Source: Leptogorgia sarmentosa
Lineage: Eukaryota
Length of the DNA: 64,000 bases
Assembly: GCA_964658305.1 (NCBI GenBank)
Contig: OZ210884.1
Span: 5,146,001-5,210,000 of the forward strand
Reading direction: 5' to 3'
Shown piece after piece: positions 39,501 to 50,565 of the stretch (position 1 is the first letter of the stretch; every line of letters begins with the position of its first letter). Below the pieces are notes generated by a model that saw only the letters and a program-made list of their open reading frames with translations, searched no databases and was not told where the DNA came from. The translations under genes and the position numbers were made by a program.

Positions 39501-42500
39501 ATTGCAGATCCCTAACGTTGGATTTGGATTCTAAACCTTGAACTTCGGGTTCCTCTTCATGGACTCTGGATTCCTTCCATTATTACAATTGCAACCCCGC
39601 CCCCAACATACTTGAATTTCGCATTCTCGAAAGCCCAAAAAAGTTGGATTCCGTATTACCTGACATGGGCAAACTATGTATATTTCGTTCTTGTGGTATA
39701 TGAAATTCTTACTAATCATGTCCCTGATCTGAAATGATCTGAATAGCATGCATTGTTGCTTCCACAACGTGTCTTAGGAGAGAAACAAACTATGATCATT
39801 TGTTACCAACAGCTAAACTAGGTGAGATTGAAATCCAATGAACCATATCCATAAATATATGTCTTTCACAAAAAAGTTCAAAAGACGCCAATCTATGTTT
39901 TTACATATGATTTTGTCAAAGTTCTAAAACCTCTAATACCAACCTGTACATGTATGGCCATCTCCTGTGTAACCTGGGTTGCACACGCACGTAAATGATC
40001 CTTTTGTGTTTGTGCATGTTGCCTCATCTGGATCAGGATCACAGCTATGGCTACCGCTGGTACATTCGTTAATATCTGAAAAAGGTTTAGAAAAAGGGTT
40101 TTTCAAAAAGGCTGAGGGTTGCCCTGTTAACAATAACAAGACGAAGAACACTATGGAATTGGAAATAGATTATATTTATTTCAAAATTTTACATTCATTC
40201 CGAAGTAAGTGTGATTATTTTGTTTTGAGTAACGTTATTCAAAGGCTAGAGGGAGTATGGTTTATCTAAACATAACCGCACTATGTGCAGTTTGAACTTT
40301 TAGTGTATTGAATTTTTATTAGTAATGTACACACGTAAAATATCGCAACAAGATGTGTTGACAATCTTGGAGCAGGTCTGCTGTGGATTTGTCACAGCTT
40401 GTGCATTTTTTTACGTAGAGGAACATAAGAAGGAAGTGCTAATTCGTTCTTTTCAAAATTTCCGTGAACGTAACCTTTAAATAGCTTGGCTGCCAGTTTT
40501 TGTTATGATTTTCTCAAATTCCATGAAACAATAATACCAACCTGTACATGTGTTTCCGTCTCCTGTGTAACCTGGGTTGCACGCGCAGGTAAATGATCCT
40601 TGTGTGTTTGTGCATGTTGCTTCATCTGGATCAGAATCACAGTCATGGCTACCGCTGGTACATTCGTTAATATCTGAAAAAAGATTGTAATTGCTTCATG
40701 TACAAAGTGTCTCAAACAACCCAAAAGCATAGAAATTAACGCGTTGTTTGAAGTTAAATATTACTGAATCCACAATAACAAGATTTTTAAATCCCAGATG
40801 GAAAACAACGTACACTTTACAAAAAAATACAGTAGCTGTTAATCGCCTTTTCAATATTTTACGCATCTCTGCGTTCAGCTTAGTGGGAATTCAAATTCAA
40901 ACGATGGTGTATTTCAGCGACTATGGTTTATTTTGGAACTGCGCGTACTTACCATCACAATCAATTCCATCTCCTGTCCAACCTGGGTTACAAGCACATG
41001 AATATGATCCTTCAGTGTTGGTGCAAGTCGCCTGCTCATGACAGGTGTCAAAATTCAGTGTACATTCATCAATATCTATACAAAAAGGCAAAAGTGATAT
41101 CAGTTGTCATTTGGTAAAACTATGATTTGATTTCCCGAATGATATTAGTGCGAATTGACCCTATTGTACCTGCGGGCGTAGGAAAAACATCAAATTATTC
41201 ACAAATCAGTGTTCTCAATTTCTTCTGATTCTATTTTCTGTTAAACTTTGTCTGTCTGCTTTTTCTAATTTCGCTGCTCAGTTTCATATTTGCAAACTAT
41301 GCATGGCTTATCTTGCGCTTCTCAGGAAAAAGTCAGAAGATTTACGTCATCCATCAATTAAACGTTGTGATTTTATATTTCGTTATTTTATTTTTTTTAA
41401 TTTCGCTCAATGATAATTGGATAAGAGAGAAAATACTAATCACTAATACAACTATTTAAGGTGATGGGTTAGGAGCCCACCTAGTAACCACATGGACTTC
41501 TAGATAATAATATAATTTAACTACTATGTTTAACTATTATTCGTCCAGCGTTTTTGTAAACTGACCTTCACAAGTTGTTCCGCTTCCGGTATACCCAGGA
41601 TCACAAGTGCAACCGAAGGAACCTACTGTATTGGCGCATGTAGCGTTATCATCACAGTTGTGACCTCCCGTTATGCATTCGTTAACATCTAAAAGTTCAT
41701 CAATATTTATCACTGAGTAAATTTTGTCTTTCCAGTAAACGAAAAAAGGCAGTCAATTTAGATGTTCGGAATAATAATTTGTCAAGCCAGCCGAACGAAG
41801 TGACCATGCTATGTTCCGCATGTTTCTTCCAAATATTATCCTTACATACCTCCACAAACAGCACCAGTTCCTGCATATCCATTGTTACACATGCACTCAA
41901 ATGAGCCATCTGTATTTCTACAAGTTGCCAAGGTTTGGTGACAAAATTTAGGTAATAAACATTCGTTTACATCTGAAAACATAGACATAATTTCCTGCAT
42001 TACATAGAAAAAGGTGGTTTATATATTTCATTTCGTCGAGGAGATGGTCAGGATTAATCATGGTATTAATTTAATAACAACGAAAGCTGTATTGTAATCA
42101 TTCTTGTCAACCTTTGAACAATTTACTATGGCAAGATTGGCGTATTATTCATTGAAAAAATAACCATAGCAAGTTTTTTAAATCGGGAATTTTGCATGAG
42201 TTTATCTTTCCGAATGCTTTCATCGCATTGCTTCATGTTCACGTTAGAACAAGATGTTCATCGCCTTGCTTCACGTTAGAACAAGAAAACATTTACCATC
42301 ATCATCAATAATGCTAACTGTTGATCGACTTCGACCCAGTGTAACACCACTGACACTGTCGTCAAGGGTCAGCACGATGGAAAAAGTTTCGAATCCCTCG
42401 TAAATGTCATCTGTTTTTAACGGTATGGAATAAGAACAATCTCGATCTGCAGTTACTTCTGTTATATTGAACAAGATGTCTGCATCATCATAATCGTCCA

Positions 42501-43825
42501 CAGGTGTTGCTGAGCCGTCGGCAATGCTGGTAATCCTTAAAAATATCGATATAAATCATGTTATGCCTGCATCACAATGAAATGAAATTATGAAAATAAT
42601 TATTGACCGAGCGTGAAGTCTGTACTGTGAAATATCAGACCGAGGTTTTTTAGTATGGACCGAGCGACGAAGGAACGCAAAAAACAGAGGTCTGATATTT
42701 CACAGTACAGACCGAACAAGCGAGGTCAATAATACGTTTATTGTATTATATTTATTTGGAATCACTGTTGTTTTGAATTATTGGCAAACATGTTCTTTTT
42801 CCACTAGTATATGCTTGCTTGTATAGCTTGTTTTGGAAGAAACACAATTCGTATACAGCAAAAAAATACCGATTTGTAACAACGATTGATCTGTAACAAC
42901 GGCGTAAAAATTAAATATGATTACTTTCCAGTTATGGGTCCAGAAACAAAATTTGTAATTTCTAGACATATTACGACACAGCAGGTCTCGTGACCATAAA
43001 AGAAGTTGCGATCAAATTTAATGCTGGTAGACTGACCTAAAAATACGAAACATTTATCAGTACGCCATGCAGAAGTTGGTGTGGGGCACAAGGTAGGAAT
43101 GAAAACCAGTGGGGGCAGGATGGTGAGGATGGCACTCAGGTGGTAGAGGAAGGAAACCATGTGATGTGTGGGGTTCCCTCTTCCGAGAAATCTGCAGTTT
43201 TCCAAGAGACCTAATAAGGCCATTTTTGCGAGAAAAAAGCAACTGGTCCCCCCTGCTTGCCTCCAAGAATGTTAGGGCAGCTAAATACTGTCATGCACTG
43301 TACCGGTTCATGCACTTTTCTCCTTGTTGAGTGAATTCTTATTATTTGGACACGATATGCAGTTAGGATACATTGTAGACGAGTGCTGCTTGGAAATATT
43401 TGCCAAAACTGGAGTCGAATATTTGGCCAAATGTTCAAACATCACATATTCCATAGAATATGGCTGGTTCCTAAATAACCTGTTTTACAATTCTGATTAT
43501 CTTCAAAGTTGCAACAGTAAAAGCTTTATCTCAAATTTTCAAGTACTGGAAGCCCAAATACTAGGCTCCAAAAAGCAGAGGGCCCAATGATCGATCGCCT
43601 GGTAAACACGCCTGGTCTTCTGCTCGCCTATCCGCCCGCCCATCCGCCCGCCCATCCGCCCGCCCATCCGCCCGCCCATCCGCCCGCCCATCCGCCCGCC
43701 CATCCGCCCCGTGTTCCACAGCGGAATGATCTATGTCATAATTATCAATGCTTACTGAATCCATGTTTTGAATAGAATATGCAAATGAAGGCGAAAATAC
43801 GCAATGCTTTTGGTATCCACAACAT
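9573..43825 (-). CDS. Gene B: giant type I membrane protein, signal peptide - Calx-beta - ~91 cbEGF - SEA - EGF - TM - tail (roughly 4,100 aa if all exons are used)
   Basis: Exons 5'->3': 43825-43756 ([23 protein letters not shown], signal peptide); 43036-42925 and 42535-42297 (Calx-beta); cbEGF exons 41972-41850, 41688-41566, 41075-40953, 40673-40542, 40075-39944, 38345-38214, 38054-37923, 37670-37539, 37100-36978; about 80 array exons 36764-16522; 16065-15943; 15313-15176; SEA 14914-14799, 13483-13413, 13086-12899; EGF 11540-11406; TM 10157-10049; tail 9690-9573 (..GPDETAVY*). The junctions I checked are GT/AG and phase-compatible. Confidence 0.87.
11066..11351. mobile_element. MITE with 3-bp TSD (PIF/Harbinger-like)
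   Basis: TIR ggcccgatttatactagagacggatgat / gatccgtctctggtataaatcgggcc; AAT on both flanks; internal gacggatgat and gacgaactat repeats. Confidence 0.8.
12119..12775. mobile_element. Non-autonomous TIR element with a nested hairpin-type element (~12355-12663)
   Basis: TIR ccggttttccacatgcgaattttgt / acaaaattctcaagtggaaaaccgg; long internal hairpin aacaattagattac..tcgatttcta.gag.tgatagttga ... tcaactatcacctcatagaaatctcgagctcgtaatctaattgtt (12552-12658). Confidence 0.7.
13529..14444. mobile_element. PIF/Harbinger-type non-autonomous element, TTA TSD
   Basis: About 33-bp TIR agccccttacagacgagcaagttttctatgaca / tgtcatagaaaacttgctcgtctgtaaggggct; TTA at 13526-13528 and 14445-14447; subterminal tgacaagttt repeats. 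Confidence 0.88.
13743..14259. mobile_element. Nested TIR element inside the Harbinger element, with a tRNA-like A/B-box segment
   Basis: About 85-bp TIRs ccgtt.aacaaagacc..ctcaacgggtagtaccc..ttctcaattgagaaca.gggtaatgcccacgctggactatcg at both ends; imperfect T-rich 8-bp flank duplication. Confidence 0.8.
16522..36764 (-). repeat. Tandem exon+intron array of gene B: about 80 cbEGF exons (mostly 123 nt, phase 1-1) with ~214-bp and ~265-270-bp periods
   Basis: Unit DINEC(DLDTDP/ELNIHS)[30 protein letters not shown] with ttcag/tatag acceptor and gtatac/gtagcc donor. Period ~214 bp at 16.5-18.9 kb and 28.9-36.8 kb, ~265-270 bp at 21.2-21.9 kb and 23.9-27.4 kb. Count is manual. Confidence 0.93.
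38565..39672. mobile_element. MITE in a gene B intron hosting the 41-bp minisatellite
   Basis: Imperfect TIR tcgccccatgtgaggtaatccgga / ttccgtattacctgacatgggcaa; 'actat' on both flanks. Confidence 0.65.
38641..39511. repeat. 41-bp minisatellite, about 21 copies (ttccagatccccaaccttggttccggataaccgcctctgga)
   Basis: Visible 41-bp period; accounts for the three overlapping 304-340 aa minus-strand ORFs. Confidence 0.95.
40328..40418. mobile_element. Deleted remnant of the TA-flanked acaagttg family (see 60994-61307)
   Basis: tacacacgtaaaatatc.caacaagatgtgtt...ttgtcacagcttgtgcattttt matches both ends of that element in reverse orientation. Confidence 0.55.
42297..43036 (-). CDS. Calx-beta domain exons of gene B (43036-42925, 42535-42297)
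   Basis: [19 protein letters not shown]...[15 protein letters not shown]...[20 protein letters not shown]...[16 protein letters not shown] fits the Calx-beta pattern (DGSA..DY, DD..E..E.F.V.L, TV.I.DDD). Confidence 0.85.
42598..42742. repeat. Long hairpin, probable end of a non-autonomous element
   Basis: tattgacc..gtctgtactgtgaaatatcagacc ... ggtctgatatttcacagtacagac..ggtcaata inverted arms. Confidence 0.7.
43626..43709. repeat. GC-rich 12-bp tandem repeat (ccatccgcccgc)x~7 in the first coding intron of gene B
   Basis: Visible directly; gives spurious ADGR / PAHP ORFs. Confidence 0.9.
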
Positions 43826-44928
43826 CTAAAATAGAAAAAAACAATTACCGTGTTTAATAAGTTATATCTCTATTCATTTAAGCAACTTTCTTTACGACAA
43901 CAGTTTAGACTGGCTGTTGCATCATGGGAACTATTTTTGTTATTGCTCATACAGATACATGTTGATGGAGTTACGACACTGTTGAATAAATGGGAAATAA
44001 GTTATCGCTAAAAACTTTCATTTCTTTTTACATATTTCTACTCTGTCTCATTAAACTACACGTATACTACAGTGTTTTAAGAAAAAGGTAATGCAAACTT
44101 TAGGAAACGTTTGTGTGTAGTATTTTTTGAACAATGAAGATAATAATTCGTTTAAAATCTTTGCAACTATACGCTAGACCTGTATCAAAACTATCAGGCC
44201 AAAATGACTGCAACAAGGCGAGTGAAAAGTAAAGTGGAAATCGTTTTGACACCAGCAGCTATTGTTAGTCCTCGCACAAAATCGCTTAAAATATCTCAAT
44301 GTACGACAATGCTTTTTTTTCGGTGAATTATGTTGGACTTTCAACTTTCTTTGAATGAATCGCGGTTTGATTGAAAGCTCCTATGTTTGTAAACGTTTTC
44401 TCCTTTTGTTAGCTGAAGCAGGTTTTCGCTTATCTTTTAAAGTAATCTTATTTTAATTCCCATTGGAAATTATTTATTATTATAAATTATGCATTATTTG
44501 TCCGCCCCCATAAAACCACAAACAACTTCTTTTTTATGGTCCATGTATAAAGTATAGTATAGCTTTCAGTAAAATGTTCATATTTTTGATCTTTTTTACA
44601 TTCGATTTTTCTTCTGCTAAAATGTCAATTCTTTTGCTAAGAATTTTAGGCTGACCTTCAGGTATTTTCATTTTCTTTTCCTAACTAGAGGGCATTCAAA
44701 TACTGCATACCTTCGCCTTTAGCAGAATATCAATTAACTTCATTACGCATTCATATTTGAAAAAATAAAGCAACGAAAGTTTCATTTCCTTAATTTTTCA
44801 CTTGTTTCTCAAATTGTGCTAAAATTTGATCACCTCTTCCTTGGGCAGTGGCAAACAATTGTGCAAAGCTTTGCGGCAAAATGTTCGTTATTTCAAAAGA
44901 TATCGTGTTCACAAACCAACACACACAA

Positions 44929-45100
44929 GCCCCTTACAGACGAGCGAGTTTTCTATGAGAAGCTCGCCTGTACGTGCCACTTTGCCAATTTTTTATCACA
45001 GGTGTACTAACTTGTTCAAAAGCTAGGGAATTGTCGTAGAAAAAATTGGCACAGTAAGGAATTTGCCCACCTGTACGGTCACACAAAGAAAACTTGTCAA
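44929..45100. mobile_element. Partial copy of the Harbinger-type family at 13529-14444
   Basis: agccccttacagacgagcgagttttctatga matches that TIR; internal acttgttcaaaa.gctag and aaacttgtca also shared. Confidence 0.6.
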
Positions 45101-46056
45101 ACCACTGACGTCAAACCACAAGCTACTTACTGTGTATTTCGGGAAAAAACGGAAATCTCGACAGCTAAACTGTAAAAATAATAGACTTGCATGAGTTATA
45201 TATCCAACCCTGAATACTGCATGTAGCTAGTCTTTTGAAAGGTCTGAAGGAAGTATCTGGGTGGAAAAATTGTCCATTTCACAACCCCCCCCCAACCCCC
45301 CAATCCCCCCCTCCCCCCAACCCCCCAGAATATTTATTGTCATTCAGTGACGAAGTCTATTTTTTTTTAAAGTCCAGAGAATCTTCGGCACTGCAGTTTA
45401 TCATTCGTTTCTCACTTCTATCTCGATACGAACTTAATAATAACGAAAATAACTAAAATATGAGTTAATAAAGCCTCTTTCAGCTCTTAAAATTAATTGT
45501 CTTTGATATTGTGATAAATATCTAGCTGTTTGTGTCTAGCAACCTCACATCAACACGTACAGCATTGTATTAAAAACAATCATCGCGAAAAAATAAATTC
45601 ATATCTCGAAACGCTAAAACGTTTTTGCTTTCGCGGGAATTTGAGACTCATAGGGAATAGCAAATACAAATTCAACCTAACTCACAAATTGAGTTTACAA
45701 AATGAACTACCAACTATTACGTACCTATACAGTAGCTGAAATTTAACAAATTCAGTCATTAATATTGTTGGAAAGCAATTGTATGCGCTTTTGAACACTA
45801 GTTTTACTCCACTGAAAATCAATACTCCCTTTTTTAGTCATATGCATGCATGCCTTTTCCTTACAAAGCCGCAATGTTTTTTATTTTTTTTGATAAATTT
45901 ATACAAAAACATGCTTTCTTACGCGTCTTAACTGTAAAAGTAATTGAACGCACGCCAAAACACAACAAATAACGTTTATAACGATTTACCACGCAACACA
46001 TATTCGACAGACATAAAAAATGCCCAGAGCGATGACCAACATTTACCACTTTAAAG

Positions 46057-48462
46057 CCCAGCAAACACACGACGTCGTTTCGACGTCGAATTTAGGTTGA
46101 TATTTGGTCGGGACGTCGATCGACTATATATCGACGTTGAATCGACGTCGTTATCCTGACCTCATATCGACGTCGACAAACTGACCTCGTTTCGACGTTC
46201 AATCGACGTCGTTATCCTGACTTAATATCGACGTCGACAAATTGACCTCGTTTCGACGTTCAATCGACGTCGTTATCCTGACTTAATATCGACGTTCAAT
46301 CGACGTCGTTAACCTGACCTGAACATTAAAACTAATTAAAAATATATATATTTACGTTTTGGGCCCTATAACTGACGTTAAATATGGATCAGCATATTTT
46401 AATTTATACCCCAACATACAATTGCATATCAACACTTTAGAAACTGATCTTTTGGGCAAAGTTCGTACCGACGACTACGTTTGCTATTTCAACCTTTTTC
46501 AACATGTGATTGATCGTATTTACTAAGACATTGATAGTTTTAAATAATTTTGAACTTTTGGGTAGGGTATTTGTATAGGAAATTACTCGGTTCGAGAAGT
46601 ATTGATGAAAAATTGCACGCGTGCTTGGACTTTGGCGAAATACGAATAAGGTGTCGCGCATTCGGCCCAAACTCGGTTCGGGCCGTTCGGCTCGGCATAC
46701 AATCGGCGATGACACGAGACTGAGAATCATGGGAAGTGTTGTCATAGACGCTCACAAACCGCGTGTATTCAAAATTTCACACAAAGGATTTCATTGCTTG
46801 TCGTTGTTCTTGTCTTTTGGGGATAATTTCCCGTTCATTTAGTTGATTTAATTCAAGACTACAGAAAAGGTTAGTATAATATGCAACTTGTTTATTTTTA
46901 TTTTGTGATATATCGCTTTATATTTCGTTCAATCAGTGTGCACTGCGATGCGCTTCGAAGTGCTCGTGCTTCAAAAGTGCTGGTTCAATAAACTGAACTG
47001 AAACACTAGTGATCAGCACTATAATTCACAAAATTAATCGCTTCTACACAAAGGTCAATTCTGTATCGTATATTCTTACTATGCTACAGAAAAGTCGATT
47101 CCTAGCTCTTCCTCGACAATGATGTGTAACGTTTGTGTATTTGATTAGTACGTAGTGTTACATTTTACAATCCAAATCAATCTAGTAGTTTAGTTTGACT
47201 TTGTCAGCCTGGTTTCATCAGTGATATATTAAAAACCGAGTATTTCTGCGTAGGAAATTTTTTGTAATTGATTTAGGCTGGTTTTCAATTTTTTCAAATA
47301 GAATTTCAGACAACCAATTATACAGACTGAGCATACAAAGAGGCAGTGTAAGCGAATTTTTTAGGGGGGGGGGGGGGGCTTTAAGCAAATAATCACTAGT
47401 TAGTAGGGTCATGCATAACTCATCAGGTTTGTTAAGCAAATAATCACTAGTTAGTAGGGACATAACTCATCAGGTTTGGCAAAAGCGATTAAGCAAACTG
47501 ATTTTTTTGATATCCTTTCAAAATTTGTTGACTTAAACTGGCTACAGTAGATCAAGACTATAAACCTGAACTACAATGCCATTGCTATGCTAATTCCATA
47601 CTGGCTGGCACACATATTGTGTTGAAGATGAAAATTGAGAATTACTTGCTTTCAATAAATCGATTAACAAAGCCATCAAAAAGATAACTGCTTAGTTATG
47701 TAGAGGGATATACTGTAGCTACATTAGAGAGACAGGCTTAATTAATTGATATTTTTCACTTATTAGAGCACCGAAAGTGATGTTTATAAAGCAATGGGAC
47801 AGATTTTAAAGTATACTCCGGACAGGAAAGGGGGAAGTAGAAAGTCTATCTATAATCGATCATTATGGGACATTTTTCATAATAAACATATAGTCCATAC
47901 ACAAGATTGATAACTGTAACTGCAGAAGATAGTATAATATATATAGGTCCAAATTGGAATCGCTTAATTACAGTTCGGTGTTTGTAAATAATCAAGTGTA
48001 CTAAAGTATATAATATGTAATATGTAAGATACTGACTGAGTTCGAAAATAAATATATCATCAAAACAAATTGCAACAGAAAATTTATTAATTTTGATCAA
48101 TTTGCAACTTCGTCGCATTTTCCAACGTACTATCGACGTCGAAAAGTCAACGTTGAATCGACGTCGAAACGTCAACGTTGAATCGACGTCGAAAGTCTAA
48201 CGTCGATTCGATTTGCGTTTTCGACCTGTTTTTCGACGTCGTATCGACGTCGAAAAGTCAACGTTGAATCGACGTCGAAAGTTCAACGTTGAATCGACGT
48301 CGAAAAGTTAACGTTGAATCGACGTCGAAACGTCAACGTTGAATCGACGTCGAAAGTCTAACGTCGATTCGATTTGCGTTTCCGACCTGTTTTTCGACGT
48401 CGTTTCGACGTCAGGTAGTAACGTCGATTCGACGTTGAATCGACGTCGGTGTGCTTACTGGG
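46057..48462. mobile_element. Non-autonomous EnSpm/CACTA(CMC)-like element, 2.4 kb, 2-bp AG TSD
   Basis: Termini cccagcaaacacac / gtgtgcttactggg, each flanked by AG; dense subterminal tcgacgtcga repeats at 46070-46320 and 48130-48450; no transposase ORF. Confidence 0.82.
47381..47478. repeat. ~50-bp direct tandem duplication
   Basis: ttaagcaaataatcactagttagtaggg..cataactcatcaggtttg occurs twice. Confidence 0.85.
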
Positions 48463-50307
48463 AGCTAAAGTCCATCTTCGATTTTCATTTTTAGGTAAAT
48501 CCAAATTTAATTATACTAACTTGTAAATTTTTGCCCCCAAAATATTTCCATTAAATCGGACATACAAAAACCCATATATATGCACACCTGAAGACCTGAC
48601 CAAGGGCAGAAAAAAATCTCCTATTCTTGTATTAATGAAGCTACTAACCTCCGTTTATTATCCAAGGAAAGTGCAAAGGAATTGCGCTCATCTAACTTGC
48701 GCACTTTAATTTCAAGTGCGTGACAATGCAATGACTTGAAATACTTGGTAAATAGCTACAGTGCAATAACAATTTTGTTTTGACGTATTTCTTTACAAAT
48801 TTAATGCTGTAATAACCTTTTGGTGTAAAACCTAATAACATATAGGCATTTACAAAATATGAATTAACAATGTGATTATCACTATTAACTTAAATAGTGT
48901 GTATTAACTTTTTTTTCAACAATTTTAAAAAAGAACATGTAGTTTATGCGCGTGTCAGTTTAAGTTGTATAGCTACTATTTTTGAATGCTCACTTTATTT
49001 TGTTTTATCTTAGTGGATGTCGAGATATCAATGCTAGTAAACCGTGAAAAGTATAATCATAGAGATTGAATTCCTAGCATTATTCAAGTTTACCGTGGCG
49101 AATAATTGACGTATGATTGAAGTATTGTTTTTTATCATATGTTGAACATGGCAACACTGCAACACAGTCATTACATACTGCACGTACTTATATGCAGTGA
49201 TGAGATTTTCTATATGTTTGTCCCCAAGTTAAGATTTAACATCTGCAGAAACTCTTAGACAGGATGGAGATTTTGTACTCAAGTACATGGGATTGTATAA
49301 ATGCCCAAGATCTAATCTTGTATAGTTTCAAAGAAGCTTTTATAAAGTAATTGCTTTGCTAAATGATCCTGGCTGAAGGCTTCATCAATTTAATCTGTTT
49401 TTCATCCTCGTCTTAATTTTGGTGTTGAACGCTCTGAATTATTTAAAAGGACTGTCATGCATTCAAAACAAGAGAAACGTAATTATTCTTATTGATATGT
49501 TTTCTGGAAACAAACAAACTGTCATCAGATTTCGAATTCTTCTCGTGATATATGTATTCAGTCAAAGTGCTGATCAGATGGAGGAGGACATTATTGAAAC
49601 AAATTTGAAATTGTAGAGTTAGAGTTTGCTTTTAGCTAATAGGTGAGGCCTGGAAGACATGTTTCTGTTGTTGGATTGTATCCTCAATTTTTAATTGCAG
49701 TGATTACAAAATTCCATCACGAAAACCAAAACATTTGAGTCTTTCAGACAATCACGCCATAAGAAATTCCCAGTATATAGAAAGGCGATATCATTACTAT
49801 AAGTCGTGCAACAAGGATAATTCACTCATAAATAATTTTTTTCTTTATATTATTTTATTTGAGGGTGAATCTACATGAGTTTATGGCACATGACTTGTGT
49901 GACATGGAATAATTTTTATGGTTAAAATTAATGTGTCTTAGTTTACGAGTAGATTGCATGATTTCCTATTTAATTGCGAATCCTTTTAGTTAGTTTTTAC
50001 ACAGGTCGGGATTATTCTAACGAAATTTTATCACTGCACAAAAGCACAAAAATTATAAAATTTATGTAAATATAACGTTGTATAAGAAAAACTCTGAGTG
50101 TTAGCACTCGAGATGAGACACGTCATGCTAGATTTGAGACAGTGCATGATGAGATCACAGAAAGTCGTACCAGAAACTTTCAACATCGATATAGAACATC
50201 GATATTGCATCCTCATGTTTCCCAAATTGAGTCTGTTTTTCATTTATTTTGTTGCTGAATAATTATTATGTAAACTATAAAGGAATCACCGTTTTTGTTG
50301 TTGTATG

Positions 50308-50434
50308 CATAGGAGTACGAGGCGGAGGGGGCAAGGGGAGCAAGGGGGGCAACTGCGCCTCGTGACATTTGCTACCCTCAACTTCGGGCAAAGATCTTTC
50401 TGCCCCCCTGAAAAAATGTCACCCGTTCCTCATG
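50308..50434. mobile_element. Degenerate short hAT-like MITE upstream of the KDZ gene
   Basis: cataggagtacga..G-rich..C-rich..ccgttcctcatg; imperfect inverted ends. Confidence 0.45.
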
Positions 50435-50565
50435 TTCTAAATCACATATAGTGAGAATTCTAAAATTTAGAACGTCGCATATATGTGACGAAGATGATCA
50501 TCTAGGCAGTCTGGCGCGGTTGATTATGAAAAAAAGCTAGGAACTAGTTACTAAAGAAAACAAAC

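Noticed and set aside
43561..43775. ADGR / PAHP repeat ORFs
   Set aside because: 12-bp intronic tandem repeat just after the signal-peptide exon donor.
9573..43825. Naming gene B (or A) fibrillin, Notch, uromodulin or an adhesion GPCR
   Set aside because: No TB, LNR/ankyrin, ZP or GAIN/7TM domains, so no gene symbol is justified.
48950..49760. Possible decayed coding sequence upstream of the KDZ gene
   Set aside because: Multiple stops and no recognisable motif.
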